64,000 bases of DNA, taken from positions 96,001 to 160,000 of the forward strand of contig JBGTLG010000033.1 of NCBI GenBank assembly GCA_041744215.1, given 5' to 3'. Both the position numbers and the translations under genes were made by a program. This DNA comes from Fimbriimonadales bacterium (GTDB lineage: Bacteria; Armatimonadota; Fimbriimonadia; Fimbriimonadales; ATM1). Below are positions 9,044 to 19,243 of this stretch, piece by piece (positions within the stretch are counted from its first letter, which is position 1; each line of letters opens with the position of its first letter). The notes beneath the pieces are model-generated. The model did not search any database. It saw only the letters and a list, made by a program, of their open reading frames with translations, and was not told the origin of the DNA.

Positions 9044-10071
9044 CGACTCGTCGACGCAACCGCGCCCTCTAACGCAGGCAACAAGATGTCGATTGCGCTA
9101 TCAACTCCTGTCTCAAAAGTGCATCCGGCCGCATTTTTGTGGCCGCCACCACCAAATGCACGGCAGACCTGCGCGACGTCGATCTCACCCCGCGAGCGAA
9201 CGCTGACTCGGACCCGGCCAGGACTATGTTCTCTAAACAATGCGAAGACAATCGCCGAGTCTAGTTTTCCAATCTCGTTGACGATGCCCTCGGTGTCTTC
9301 GTCCGTGGCATTTGCCGTAGCGTAATCCGAGTTTCTAATGCGGCTGTATGCCACCGAGCCATCTGCAGCAACTTGAATATTCGCGAGCGCAACGGCAAGA
9401 AGCCGAATCGCCGACAGCGGCTTCCTATCCCAAACCTGTTCGTGGATCTCCGTGATATCTGCACCGTGCTTAACAAGCTCGGCGGCGGCGTGAAGCGACT
9501 TCGCGTCGGTATTCTGAAACTTGAAGCCGCCTGTGTCGGTAGCGATCCCGGTGAGAAGGCATTGTGCAATGGCGGCGCTGAGTTCCAACCCGAGTCGATC
9601 CCAAACCTCGAACAGCAAAAGCGCAGTCGCACTGTAGCTTGGATCGATGAGCAAGATTCCTTCCGCAACCTCATCGCCGAGTTCGTGATGATCAATGACT
9701 GCGATCTGTTTCGCCAACGGAAGCAGGTGCCTAGCATGAGCCAATCGAGTTGGCGCGCTCAGATCCGCAATGATCGCCAAATCAAACGTTCCGACGGTTG
9801 CAGCTGCCCCATCGACTGCTTCGTCGTTCGGAAACAAATCTCGAGCCGACTGAAAATCTTCCCATCCGGGAAGGAAGCGCAGATTTTTTGGCACTTCATC
9901 AGCTCCAATGAGTGCTACAGACTTCCCGATCTTCTTCAACGCATGAGAGAGAGCGAGAGCAGAACCAATTGCATCGCCGTCGGGATTCACATGCGGAATA
10001 ATGACAATCCGATTGGAAACGTCAATGGCGCTGCGCAGAGCGGCAAGGTTTGTATCAAAGTCGATTGACAC
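9040..10071 (-). CDS. nrnA: DHH/DHHA1 phosphoesterase (NrnA-like oligoribonuclease/pAp phosphatase)
   Basis: HVNPDGDA, IDHH, DTGGF and GGGGHKNAAG motifs; adjacent to truB. Confidence 0.88.
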   Translation of the reverse strand: MSIDFDTNLAALRSAIDVSNRIVIIPHVNPDGDAIGSALALSHALKKIGKSVALIGADEVPKNLRFLPGWEDFQSARDLFPNDEAVDGAAATVGTFDLAIIADLSAPTRLAHARHLLPLAKQIAVIDHHELGDEVAEGILLIDPSYSATALLLFEVWDRLGLELSAAIAQCLLTGIATDTGGFKFQNTDAKSLHAAAELVKHGADITEIHEQVWDRKPLSAIRLLAVALANIQVAADGSVAYSRIRNSDYATANATDEDTEGIVNEIGKLDSAIVFALFREHSPGRVRVSVRSRGEIDVAQVCRAFGGGGHKNAAGCTFETGVDSAIDILLPALEGAVASTSR

Positions 10072-10079
10072 CTTATCAA

Positions 10080-11357
10080 CTATACCGCGTCAGACTTCCC
10101 GATTCGTGATGCAACTTGAAGATACCGCTCGCGCGCAGTTGCAAGGTCGACCACAGCGCTCTCCAGCGGCCTCGGTGACCCGCTGCATTCTGGAACCCAC
10201 CGGGTGAGCCATTCTCCGCTTGGATCGTGAGTCGCTCCTTGCGAAACCGGATTAAAAACACGGAAGTATGGGGCGGCGTCGATCCCGAGCCCGGAACACC
10301 ACTGCCAGCCGCCAACGTTCTGCGCCGTATCACCATCGATGAGCCAGTCTTTGAACACTTGCTCGCCGCGCTGCCAGTGAACCATCAGCACTTTCGACAA
10401 GAATTGGGCTGCTACCATTCTTGCTCGGTTGCTGATGAAGCCGGTACTTCGCAGTTCTCTCATCGCCGCGTCGACCACTGGGAATCCCGTTTCCCCATTT
10501 TTCCACGCGTCGAAGAGACCATTATCTTCTGACCACGGCAGCGCGTCCCATTTTTGATCGAACGCGCTGCTTATGATGTGGGGATGTTGCAGGAGGACGT
10601 CCGCCATGAAGTCCCTCCACGCAAGTTCTGATATCCACTTTTTTGCTGCAAGAGTGTCACGCTTTTGCGCCAGATCAAACGCATACCGCGAAGAAAGAAC
10701 CCCAAGCGTAAAGTAGCAAGATAGTCGTGAGCCTGCCGCGCCGTCGAGCCGGTTCCGCTCTAACTCATACAGTTCGAGGCGCCCGTCAATAAACGTGTGT
10801 AGCGCCGCCAGCGCAGCGTCCTCGCCCGCAGCAGGAAGATCAACATCGGAATCGTACTCAGGAATGTCACCTTCATCGATCGACAACTTCACTTGGCGAA
10901 ACCGTGAAGGTGCCTCCATAACCAAAGGCTGTGCCGATTCAGACCATCTTCGAAAGAACGGCGTGAACACCGCATATCCGGTCCCATCTGCCTTCCGAAC
11001 CGTTCCTGGCTCACGCACATAGCACCCCGAGTGCCACGTGACCCCCGTGACGAGGCCGTCCCGCTTCCGCCCATACGGAGTGTAGCTGCGAAGCGCATGT
11101 ATCTCGCCCGCGCCGAGCGCGGAAGCGACAAAAGGGAGCACTTTCCATGGCGCGCCAGTACGAACAATCAGCTTTCCGCCCAACTCATGGTACTTGTCAC
11201 GAAGCGCCTGCACGTTGCGTGCGAACCACGCACACCGTCTCGGCGAAGTGTTGTCAAGTATCTGTGGATCGAAGATCACAATACCAACACCGCTCGATGC
11301 AGAAGCTGCAGGATGATCGTGGAGCCGAAGATCCCCGCGATGCCACGCGATTCGCAT
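10080..11357 (-). CDS. phrB: Deoxyribodipyrimidine photolyase (class I-like)
   Basis: WHRGDLRLHDH, ELAWRDF, TGFPVVDAAMREL, GGWQW and DAAPYFRVFNP. Confidence 0.92.
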   Translation of the reverse strand: MRIAWHRGDLRLHDHPAASASSGVGIVIFDPQILDNTSPRRCAWFARNVQALRDKYHELGGKLIVRTGAPWKVLPFVASALGAGEIHALRSYTPYGRKRDGLVTGVTWHSGCYVREPGTVRKADGTGYAVFTPFFRRWSESAQPLVMEAPSRFRQVKLSIDEGDIPEYDSDVDLPAAGEDAALAALHTFIDGRLELYELERNRLDGAAGSRLSCYFTLGVLSSRYAFDLAQKRDTLAAKKWISELAWRDFMADVLLQHPHIISSAFDQKWDALPWSEDNGLFDAWKNGETGFPVVDAAMRELRSTGFISNRARMVAAQFLSKVLMVHWQRGEQVFKDWLIDGDTAQNVGGWQWCSGLGIDAAPYFRVFNPVSQGATHDPSGEWLTRWVPECSGSPRPLESAVVDLATARERYLQVASRIGKSDAV

Positions 11358-11437
11358 CCAGCGATGTTATCTCATCGCAGTCGATCTGCGGGGATGATTA
11401 GCGTGATTGACGAACATAGTCGCCAAGTGCGAGAAAC

Positions 11438-11785
11438 TCACGACTTTCGATACTCTGCAGTGACTTCTGATGCGATCCCGCCGCGAATGTTAAACAGCCC
11501 TTGCACCACCGCCCACCTCGGCGAGCATCTCGCGACGAAGTCATCTAAGATCTGGTTGACGACCGCTTCATAGAAGATTCCCTTGTCTCGAAAAGAGTGA
11601 TAGTACAGTTTCAATGACTTCAACTCAACGCATAGGTCATCAGGCGTGTATGTGAGGACAATCGTCGCGAAATCCGGCTGACCAGTTTTTGGGCAGACGC
11701 TCGTAAACTCTTCGGTCGTGTGCTCGATCGTGTAGTCCCTCGCGGGATTCGGGTTCGGAAACGTTTCGAGAATATCTCGGCTCAT
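11438..11785 (-). CDS. queF: NADPH-dependent preQ0 reductase (type I QueF)
   Basis: [15 protein letters not shown] and VELKSLKLY motifs. Confidence 0.95.
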   Translation of the reverse strand: MSRDILETFPNPNPARDYTIEHTTEEFTSVCPKTGQPDFATIVLTYTPDDLCVELKSLKLYYHSFRDKGIFYEAVVNQILDDFVARCSPRWAVVQGLFNIRGGIASEVTAEYRKS

Positions 11786-11821
11786 CCCACAGAATTTACC
11801 CGCCGAGTAGACTCCCAGCGA

Positions 11822-12361
11822 ATGGACTTCTTGTGGCAGTTCGATACAGAGGTGTTTCGCGCGGTGAATCGGTCAATGAATTCGCCAGTGCTGGATCCCG
11901 TGTTCTGGCTGATCACCTCCCTCGGGCTGGGCTGGGTCCAAGTCATCCTCGTCCTTGGGATGCTCATGAAAGTGGAGCTTCGAAAACTGGTTTTCCCAAC
12001 ACTCGCTTCGCTAGTTTTAAGCAGTATTCTTTTACATATCGGCAAGTGGCAGCTCCCGAGACTCCGCCCAACGAACTTCGAGGACACGATGCTCCACCCT
12101 CCGGAGGTGCCGACGCTATCGAGTTTCCCTAGCGGTCACACAACCTCTTCGTTCGCCATCGCGACGACAGTTGTGATGCTTTGGCCGGGCAACAAGCTCC
12201 GGGCTGGGCTATTGCTCTTCATGGTGGCAACGCTAATCGGGATCTCGCGCGTCTATCGCGGTGTGCATTGGCCAACAGATGTCATAGCCGGAGCAGCGTT
12301 GGGTTATGCAACCGGCGCGATGGTTGCGCTTGCGATCATGTCAAAGGTGAATGTCAAATGA
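11822..12361 (+). CDS. PAP2-family phosphatase (undecaprenyl-diphosphatase-like)
   Basis: K-x6-RP, FPSGH and [13 protein letters not shown] motifs; start reassigned to ATG at 11822. Confidence 0.9.
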   Translation: MDFLWQFDTEVFRAVNRSMNSPVLDPVFWLITSLGLGWVQVILVLGMLMKVELRKLVFPTLASLVLSSILLHIGKWQLPRLRPTNFEDTMLHPPEVPTLSSFPSGHTTSSFAIATTVVMLWPGNKLRAGLLLFMVATLIGISRVYRGVHWPTDVIAGAALGYATGAMVALAIMSKVNVK

Positions 12362-14259
12362 CCTTCCTTCTTGCGGCCGTTTGCTTTTCCGCCCAGAGCC
12401 TCGTTCCTGTCATTGCGATTGATAACGGCAATGAAGTACCAATCGACTCAAGTGCCTCCGGAAGTGAGTGGTCGTTTGCGCTGGGCGATAAACCTTATCG
12501 AATCAGTCGAACATCGGAAGGCTTCGAACTTTCTCCGCCAGCGAAACTCAATGTCATCTTCGCTGCTCCCGAAGGCGCGCGTCCTGCACGATATAGAGGA
12601 TCGGCACGCATAGCATCTGTCTACATTGGGGAATTGAACGAAGGTCCGGCTAATGCCCTGCTATTCCCAGACGAGACGGTTGCCTCGTTCGGGGATGCGC
12701 TCGGTGGGATCAAGACGTCTTCGCGTGGCGTGCAAGTGCGCGCAGAGTTTTCCTCGTCAATCTCGACGCTGTCAGTCCAGTTGCTCAACCTGAAGATCGT
12801 AGGACGGACGATTCCAACCGAAGCGGATCCGCTTCCGGAAGCGCTGGCCAGATTTGCGGACAAGTTTGGCGGCCGGATGCAGCTAACATCGCCGAAACCT
12901 CTTCTGGCCCCGGAGACAGAGGATGGAGGCTATCCATTTGCCACGTTGGCCGCGCTCTCCAATCTCGTTGTGAGCCTGGATTCTGCGCCCTGGACTCGAT
13001 GGCGTGACCGTGCCGGGACTGCGTATGCAGGAGTGACTCGGCTTGATGGCGAGTCGCCGGAGGGTATTCCGGAGATCATCGCCGTCCATGTCGGCATTGC
13101 TGGAAAACCGTACACTGTGCTTTGTGTCTTCAACTTCTGGGACCGGGCGCGGTCGATTCGAATCGTGCCGGATGAGATGGGACTGCCAGCTGCGGCCTAC
13201 GTAGCGTTCGATTTCTGGCGGACGAGGAATCTGGGAACCTTTGTCGGCGATCTCATACTCACCGTGCCCGCACAATCTGTCAGAGTGGTCTCGATGCGCG
13301 AAGCGAAGCCCCACCCGCAAGTCTTGGGGACAGACGCGCATGTCGTTGGTGAGTGTTCGGTATCCCTAACAGAAAGCTGGAGCGAAGAATCGATGCGATT
13401 GACGGGGCGCGCACTCGCGCCGAGCGATAAGCCGTTCAACGTTTTCATTTCGCAAGGCGGTTCTTCGGAGATCTACGGCGCGCCAACAGTCATCGCAAGA
13501 AATGGCAAAGCACACATTCACGCAAACAACGGATTCTATCGCCTAGAATTGCAAGGAGATGCAAACGCGATACTGGACTTCGATATCACATTTGCCGACC
13601 GCAATGAGTTTCCGGACACGACGCATCTCGATATCACAGCTTCAGCGGCGACGCCTTGGGCAGTTAGTTTCGCGCTGCAAGGGCCACACCGCTTTCCGAA
13701 CGCGGGCTACTACCTTTACAAGAACGATGCGCCTTTAGGTTACACCCCCGATTTGCTGCTAACAGATGAAGACGTAAGCCCTGCTGCGCTGTACACATAC
13801 AAGGCAATTCCTGTCGGCTTCACTGGCGCACTAGGCGAACCTCAGTACCTCCCGGTCACTCCAGGGTGGCCTACGGACATCGCGTTGCATCGAATTCCCT
13901 ACGCTCGGTACACCCCTGCGTTCGTGCCCCCACGGATCAATGAAACTCCACAGCGAAAAACCTTAACTTTATCGGGCCGACCCATTGCAGGACTATCGTT
14001 GATCGACGGAGGGAGTGTCGAGTTTGTTTTATCGCGCGCCTTCGCGACTCTTGAGTCGTCCGTGTTGGGTCTCAGCCGAGGATCCCGGCTGCGAGTACTG
14101 CTGGATGGAGAGACAGCTTGGGAAAGCCGAGAACTCGGCGAAAGCGAAATGCAAAATCTGACTATCGACTTGAGCCAAGCGTTTCGATTGAGAATTGAAG
14201 CGAGCAGTGGCGATGTCGCAGTCGTTAACCCTCTGCTACGGGCGAAGCCACGTCCATAA
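12358..14259 (+). CDS. Secreted multi-domain beta-rich protein (melibiase C-terminal-like, FN3-like and NPCBM-like segments)
   Basis: Signal peptide from ATG at 12358 (ATGA overlap); VFNFW...YVAFDFW; GYYLYKND...YTYKA; C-terminal VEFVL...VLLDGE. Confidence 0.6.
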   Translation: MTFLLAAVCFSAQSLVPVIAIDNGNEVPIDSSASGSEWSFALGDKPYRISRTSEGFELSPPAKLNVIFAAPEGARPARYRGSARIASVYIGELNEGPANALLFPDETVASFGDALGGIKTSSRGVQVRAEFSSSISTLSVQLLNLKIVGRTIPTEADPLPEALARFADKFGGRMQLTSPKPLLAPETEDGGYPFATLAALSNLVVSLDSAPWTRWRDRAGTAYAGVTRLDGESPEGIPEIIAVHVGIAGKPYTVLCVFNFWDRARSIRIVPDEMGLPAAAYVAFDFWRTRNLGTFVGDLILTVPAQSVRVVSMREAKPHPQVLGTDAHVVGECSVSLTESWSEESMRLTGRALAPSDKPFNVFISQGGSSEIYGAPTVIARNGKAHIHANNGFYRLELQGDANAILDFDITFADRNEFPDTTHLDITASAATPWAVSFALQGPHRFPNAGYYLYKNDAPLGYTPDLLLTDEDVSPAALYTYKAIPVGFTGALGEPQYLPVTPGWPTDIALHRIPYARYTPAFVPPRINETPQRKTLTLSGRPIAGLSLIDGGSVEFVLSRAFATLESSVLGLSRGSRLRVLLDGETAWESRELGESEMQNLTIDLSQAFRLRIEASSGDVAVVNPLLRAKPRP

Positions 14260-14632
14260 GCATTGCCTGCATTAAATCGATACGCAAAACTACACCGAGC
14301 AATCGCTCCTGCGCGATGACGGGCAACAGCGTCATGCCTTGGCTAAGCATTGTGTGCAGCGCCTCAGCTACCTCGACATCCGGCCCAGCGCAAACAGGTT
14401 GTCTCGTGCCAAGGTCTATCGCTCTCATTGAAGCCAGGCCCGTGATGTCGCCCTTCTGAATCGCCGCGCGGCACAAATCGCCCTCGGTAACGACTGCAAT
14501 CGGCCGACGCTCAAGATCAACAACGACCAGCGCAGGAAACTGGTAGAGGTCAATTTTGTCGATTGCGTCACGCACGGATGATTCGACGCCGAGCGTTGGA
14601 ATATGTACGTGCATGACCTCGCTGAGAGTCAT
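14225..14632 (-). CDS. CBS-domain pair protein
   Basis: Two CBS-like repeats (VVTEGDL; LLGVVLRIDL). Confidence 0.85.
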   Translation of the reverse strand: MTLSEVMHVHIPTLGVESSVRDAIDKIDLYQFPALVVVDLERRPIAVVTEGDLCRAAIQKGDITGLASMRAIDLGTRQPVCAGPDVEVAEALHTMLSQGMTLLPVIAQERLLGVVLRIDLMQAMLMDVASPVAEG

Positions 14633-14646
14633 GCTAAGAGACTACC

Positions 14647-15195
14647 TTACGCGCGGAAACCTTGAGACCATTCTTTCGACTCGCCTTCCCATGCTTCCCG
14701 CACAAGGTGCAGTGCGAAGAGGTATGTCTCGAACCGTTCACTCAGCTGGCGGAACAGCCTGGCTTCTGTCGCGAAATCTCCGTGTACGAACGTGCTCACG
14801 ATGTGATAGCTCTGCCTGCCGAGGGTGACGTGATCAACCATCCCTGCCGCCCTCCCCTGCCGCTTTAGGAGACTGAGGTGCTCCGGGAAGGTCCCACCCC
14901 AGAAAAGGATGTAGTCGCCAATGTGCTTGTGCACCTCACGCTCCTGCTCGAAACTGTCGGCATTGAGGAGAACGTCTCCTTCCTGAACCATCTCCACCAG
15001 ATCATCGACCTGGCCGTCTCCCACTCTAAGAGGGCTGGCCTCAGCATGGACAAACTCGGTGACGAGGCCCGCAAGGTAGTCTTCTACATCGTGGTCTTGG
15101 AGACCCAGTTTGACGTGGAGGCTACCGTGCACGAGCCCCCGGAAGAATTCCCGGAGCGGGTGGTCATCGCTGACTCGCCAATGTGACATCGTCAT
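14647..15195 (-). CDS. Conserved hypothetical protein
   Basis: YLAGLVTEF...KHIGDYILFWGG.FPE...GRQSY pattern that I recall from uncharacterised proteins; function unknown. Confidence 0.7.
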   Translation of the reverse strand: MTMSHWRVSDDHPLREFFRGLVHGSLHVKLGLQDHDVEDYLAGLVTEFVHAEASPLRVGDGQVDDLVEMVQEGDVLLNADSFEQEREVHKHIGDYILFWGGTFPEHLSLLKRQGRAAGMVDHVTLGRQSYHIVSTFVHGDFATEARLFRQLSERFETYLFALHLVREAWEGESKEWSQGFRA

Positions 15196-15315
15196 TCTCG
15201 CATTACTGCCGGCTGTGCGTACGGGCGGCCGCGTTTGGCCTTAACCGAACTTATTCCACAAAGCCGGCTGTCACTGTGTTAGGACGAGGCGATAGCAAGA
15301 ATGTTTCTGCACAAA

Positions 15316-16056
15316 CTACGAGTTGATTCCCAAGTCCTCTTCGAAACCAGCCATCACGTTGAACATATGCACAAGCTGCGACGCTCCGCATTTTCCGTCG
15401 CTATGTGCGAGAACTTGTATCCGTAGCATTCCCAGCCCGTCAATCCCTTCGGTAAGTGCGAGCGCGTACTCTGCGTGCGCGGCGCCTCGCAATCTCTCCA
15501 GGTCGAGCGAATTGCTAGCAGCGCCCTTCACAAAGAACGATCGACCGTAAGCTTCGTCGTACAACTCGTCGATTTCTTCTGCACTTTCCGGAACCCTCAC
15601 AGCTGCGAGGCAAGTTGCGCTGAGAACTCCTGCAAATGGCGCGGGTTCACCCGCGCACGTAGCTCCCTGCTGCCACTCCATCGATCCGAGCGCGGCATCC
15701 ACTTCGTCGTAGTCTCCATCGAAACTGAACAGCACAGATGGTCGCTCGACTAACAACCCTCCGCGTATGAGCGGGCCGAGTCCAATGAGCGCGAGAGTTG
15801 CAGCCGGGCCGGGGCAGGACGCGCGATCGGCGCAGACGAGCGGATTGTTGTCCATCAATTCGACCAGTCCATACGGCCCGTCGATTGACGAGCAGCCCAC
15901 GACGGTCTCCCTGTGCCACTCCCCAGACGTGAAGTTGATTCGCTCGGCCTCGGCCTCCTCGAAGTGATCGAGAGCGACCGCGGGATGCGCGGCCAAGTGA
16001 TCCCGCAGACGTTGCGTTCCCATTGCTCGCACGTGAACTATCTTGTTGGCAATCAT
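15316..16056 (-). CDS. Divergent ArgC/Asd-like protein
   Basis: YGLVEL, ASCPGPAATLALIGLGPL, LYDEAY and GKCGASQLVHMFNVMAGFEE resemble ArgC segments; canonical motifs are degenerate. Confidence 0.6.
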   Translation of the reverse strand: MIANKIVHVRAMGTQRLRDHLAAHPAVALDHFEEAEAERINFTSGEWHRETVVGCSSIDGPYGLVELMDNNPLVCADRASCPGPAATLALIGLGPLIRGGLLVERPSVLFSFDGDYDEVDAALGSMEWQQGATCAGEPAPFAGVLSATCLAAVRVPESAEEIDELYDEAYGRSFFVKGAASNSLDLERLRGAAHAEYALALTEGIDGLGMLRIQVLAHSDGKCGASQLVHMFNVMAGFEEDLGINS

Positions 16057-16071
16057 GATGCTGCGAGCATT

Positions 16072-16740
16072 TTAGTTCAACCCCGTAAACTGATGCACGA
16101 CGAACCAGATTCGCTCGATCAGTGCAGAAAGTCGCGTCATAACTGTGTTTCCGAAATACGCTCCAAATCCGATCATCAGCCAGAAGCGACCACTTTTCGA
16201 GATCGCGCGCATGATTGCTGATTTGTGGTCGACGCTAAAGAAGAAGAAGAGCATCACGCTAATCAAAGCGACGAGGAAGATCGTGTTGTTAATCGATTGT
16301 GGAGCCGAAACGCTTCCCTCATGAACAACGATCGGAGAACGGAAGGACGCGGTAACCACGGGCATTTGCTGAGTGAATTGGTTTTTGATAGCTTGGCCCG
16401 CGCCAGCTCCCACAACGACCCCAAGCACGAGCCGCATCAGCCACTCCGTCCTCTTGAAGTACATCCCATACCAGCATAGACCGAGCGCAAGTGCAAACCC
16501 TCCACCAAGGATGCCCGTCCAAGCAATGTCGCTCGTTCCAAGAGTTCCAAAGTTCCGAGTCCAAGGATCCCACCACTTGGGCTTTAGAAACTCGAACCAA
16601 GTTACGGCGAACGTGAATCCGACCGTCAATCCCAAAAGTAAACTCTCACCGATTCGGTAAATCCGATTCTCTTTCCAGAGGAGGCTCAAGATCATCAGCA
16701 CGCAGAGCGCCGCGACCCAGCCGCCGACTTCCGCGAACAT
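16072..16740 (-). CDS. Multi-pass membrane hypothetical protein
   Basis: About 6 hydrophobic helices; SLLWKENRIYR and LMIGFGAYFGNTVMTR; TGATG overlap with the upstream gene. Confidence 0.75.
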   Translation of the reverse strand: MFAEVGGWVAALCVLMILSLLWKENRIYRIGESLLLGLTVGFTFAVTWFEFLKPKWWDPWTRNFGTLGTSDIAWTGILGGGFALALGLCWYGMYFKRTEWLMRLVLGVVVGAGAGQAIKNQFTQQMPVVTASFRSPIVVHEGSVSAPQSINNTIFLVALISVMLFFFFSVDHKSAIMRAISKSGRFWLMIGFGAYFGNTVMTRLSALIERIWFVVHQFTGLN

Positions 16741-17579
16741 CAAGCTTGCTCCCTCTTCCGCCTAAGCTTGTGGGCGATTGCGCCTACATTTCCGAGGATG
16801 ACAGCGACAAGCAGAATAATGTGACCTGCGGACTGACCAAGCAAGAACCTCGTACCGAACTCGCTGATTCCAAGTTGCTGTTCATACTCTCCTCCTCCTC
16901 GCGCGCCGACCAGCATCCCTTTCAACGTCCCCGCAGTGAAATAGGGGTAGATGTTCGTGGATGAGATGGACGCCATCCCAGAAATGACTGGTACTCTCGC
17001 GGCAGCGTGGAAGTACGTGAGGTATTCGAGATACGGACCATAAGAGATATTGACAACAAGCGCCCAGTCTTCTGCGACGCGAGTTTTTGATAGCCAAGAA
17101 TATGCGCTTACAGGTTGCCCGCGATCATCCTCTTGGACTTGTGCCACAAAGTCACGCGCAAGCGCTTCAATCGCGATGCCTTTCGGATCAGGAACCTTGA
17201 AACCAAATGCAACCCAGTCTTTGCCGTACTCCTTACCGAACTCCGCTGCAAGTTCATCAAGGACGGGCTCATAAAACTGGCGCCCAGTTTGGATTCCGCT
17301 CACAACCGCAAACTTGATGTTCTTTCTGAAAAGATGCCGGACTACGCCGCGAAACTGAGCCCTGAGTTCCCCAATCGTCCCTTGATCCCAGTCGCTATGG
17401 AGGAGCACGGGTTTTGAACCGTCGAGTCGCTCGATCTGGTGGAAGAATCCTCTTGCCTCCCCGCTTGGTTCGATTTTGACAGGAACGCGAATGAATGACG
17501 CCAGCACGATGCATAGCAGGAGCACGCCATAGAACCAACGCACGTCGACGTTGTCAAGTTTTGCAAGCCACTTGGCCAC
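16740..17579 (-). CDS. Membrane-anchored hypothetical protein
   Basis: N- and C-terminal TM segments around a soluble domain (EYGKDWVAFGF; GMLVGARGGGEYE); start reassigned to GTG at 17579. Confidence 0.75.
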   Translation of the reverse strand: MAKWLAKLDNVDVRWFYGVLLLCIVLASFIRVPVKIEPSGEARGFFHQIERLDGSKPVLLHSDWDQGTIGELRAQFRGVVRHLFRKNIKFAVVSGIQTGRQFYEPVLDELAAEFGKEYGKDWVAFGFKVPDPKGIAIEALARDFVAQVQEDDRGQPVSAYSWLSKTRVAEDWALVVNISYGPYLEYLTYFHAAARVPVISGMASISSTNIYPYFTAGTLKGMLVGARGGGEYEQQLGISEFGTRFLLGQSAGHIILLVAVILGNVGAIAHKLRRKREQA

Positions 17580-17632
17580 CCTTGTAGATTCGATACAGCG
17601 AGCCCGGATTCCTTCGGTATCCTGCGACTGTG

Positions 17633-18724
17633 ATGGATGAAAAGGACATTTCAAGTGTTCGCCTCGAGATCGACTCTCTGGACGAAAAGCTTCTCGAGTT
17701 GCTCAATAGGCGTGCAGAGCTTGCAATCGAAGCCGGGCGGATGAAAGAAACGGATGAGAAGCCTTACTACACGCCTGAGCGCGAGGTCGAAATCCATAGA
17801 AGACTTCAAGACAAGAGCCCTGGGCCACTCAAGCCATCCCAAATCCGAGCAGTTTTTCGCGAGATCATCAGCGCAGCGAGGAGCCTCGAAAAGAGCCTTG
17901 ATATCGCCTACTGGGGACCCGCCGGAACCTTCACCCACATGGCCGCGATGAAGGGTTTCGGATCGAGTTCGACCTATGAGTCGAAACCGAGTATCACGGA
18001 TGTCTTCCGGGCCGTCGAGAATCGACAAGCGGACTATGGCGTCGTGCCCGTCGAGAATTCGCTCGCAGGAGTCGTTCCTCAGACTCTCGACATGTTTCCC
18101 CAAACCAACGTACGCATCTGCGCGGAAATCTTCATTCCGATTGCACATCACCTCCTGTCGCTTGCGCCAGATTTAGCCAGCGTCCAGCGGGTCTATGTAG
18201 GGCCGCAGCCGCTGGGGCAGTGTGGCAACTGGTTGAGAAACCACCTTGCTCATGCAGAGGTTGTCGAGGTCGTCCCTACTTCTCTCGCCGCGCAAAAGGC
18301 GAAGGACGATCCAAGCGGTGCTGCGATCGCGAGCAACCTCGCCGCCAAAGAACTCAACATGCCGATGATCGCGCAGCACCTTGAAGATGATCCGCACAAC
18401 CGAACTCGATTCCTCGTGGTCGGATACAACGAACCTGCACCAACGGGTAATGACAAGACGTCGCTGATGTTTAATCTGAGAAACAGGCCCGGCGAACTCT
18501 ACCGCGCGCTTGGCGCATTCGACACGAACGGTGTGAACCTGTCGATGATCGAAAGCCGGCCAGCACAGCGCGCGACGTTCGAGTACATCTTCTATGCAGA
18601 CTGTGACGGGCACCACACACAGCCAAATTTGGCAGCAGCGATTCAGGGATTGAAAGCCCTTACACTCGAGTGCGTCGTCTTAGGGAGCTACCCAAAAGCC
18701 CCAGACGCTGATCCATACGAATGA
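17633..18724 (+). CDS. pheA: Chorismate mutase / prephenate dehydratase
   Basis: N-terminal CM (RLEIDSLD..LLELLNRR), GPAGTFT, PVENS, NRTRF and ACT domain (IESRP, LGSYP). Confidence 0.95.
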   Translation: MDEKDISSVRLEIDSLDEKLLELLNRRAELAIEAGRMKETDEKPYYTPEREVEIHRRLQDKSPGPLKPSQIRAVFREIISAARSLEKSLDIAYWGPAGTFTHMAAMKGFGSSSTYESKPSITDVFRAVENRQADYGVVPVENSLAGVVPQTLDMFPQTNVRICAEIFIPIAHHLLSLAPDLASVQRVYVGPQPLGQCGNWLRNHLAHAEVVEVVPTSLAAQKAKDDPSGAAIASNLAAKELNMPMIAQHLEDDPHNRTRFLVVGYNEPAPTGNDKTSLMFNLRNRPGELYRALGAFDTNGVNLSMIESRPAQRATFEYIFYADCDGHHTQPNLAAAIQGLKALTLECVVLGSYPKAPDADPYE

Positions 18725-18760
18725 ACCGTTTGGCATTGGGATAGCGTATTCATACTAAGT

Positions 18761-19213
18761 ATGTCTAGGGAAAGCGTTACCGCCGGGGCAGTAGGGGTTG
18801 GACTCCTCATATTGCGAATCGGGCTCGGTGCGACCATGATGGCGCACGGCCTCCAAAAGCTGGGCGTTTTTGGGGGAGACAGGGACCTGAACTCCACAAT
18901 TCAGCGCTGGCAGGAGATGCAGGGCATTCCGCCTTGGCTCGGATACCTTGCGCTGATCGCAGAGGTTGGCGGGGGGTTCGCCTTGATAGTGGGGCTATTC
19001 GGGCGGCTCGCTGCGTTCGGTATCGCCTGCACCATGGCGGTCGCCACGTTTAAGGTCCACATGCCAAACGGCTTTTGGAACGCCGACCGAGGAATTGAGT
19101 TTCCGATGATGCTGATGATCGCAGCTGTCTGTCTGATGCTGACCGGCATGGGGCCGATTTCCATCGACTCCAGGATTGCTAAGCGGATGGACAAGACGAT
19201 CGGGGCGAAGTAG
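18761..19213 (+). CDS. DoxX-family membrane protein
   Basis: LILRIGLG..MAHGLQKL; AEVGGG..LIVGLFGRLAA; GIEFP. Confidence 0.9.
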   Translation: MSRESVTAGAVGVGLLILRIGLGATMMAHGLQKLGVFGGDRDLNSTIQRWQEMQGIPPWLGYLALIAEVGGGFALIVGLFGRLAAFGIACTMAVATFKVHMPNGFWNADRGIEFPMMLMIAAVCLMLTGMGPISIDSRIAKRMDKTIGAK

Positions 19214-19243
19214 CCCCGCGACCATCGTGTACACTGCCACCTA

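Noticed and set aside
11786-11821. preQ1 riboswitch upstream of queF
   Set aside because: Only ~35 bp separate the divergent genes, and no preQ1 stem-loop with A-rich tail is visible.
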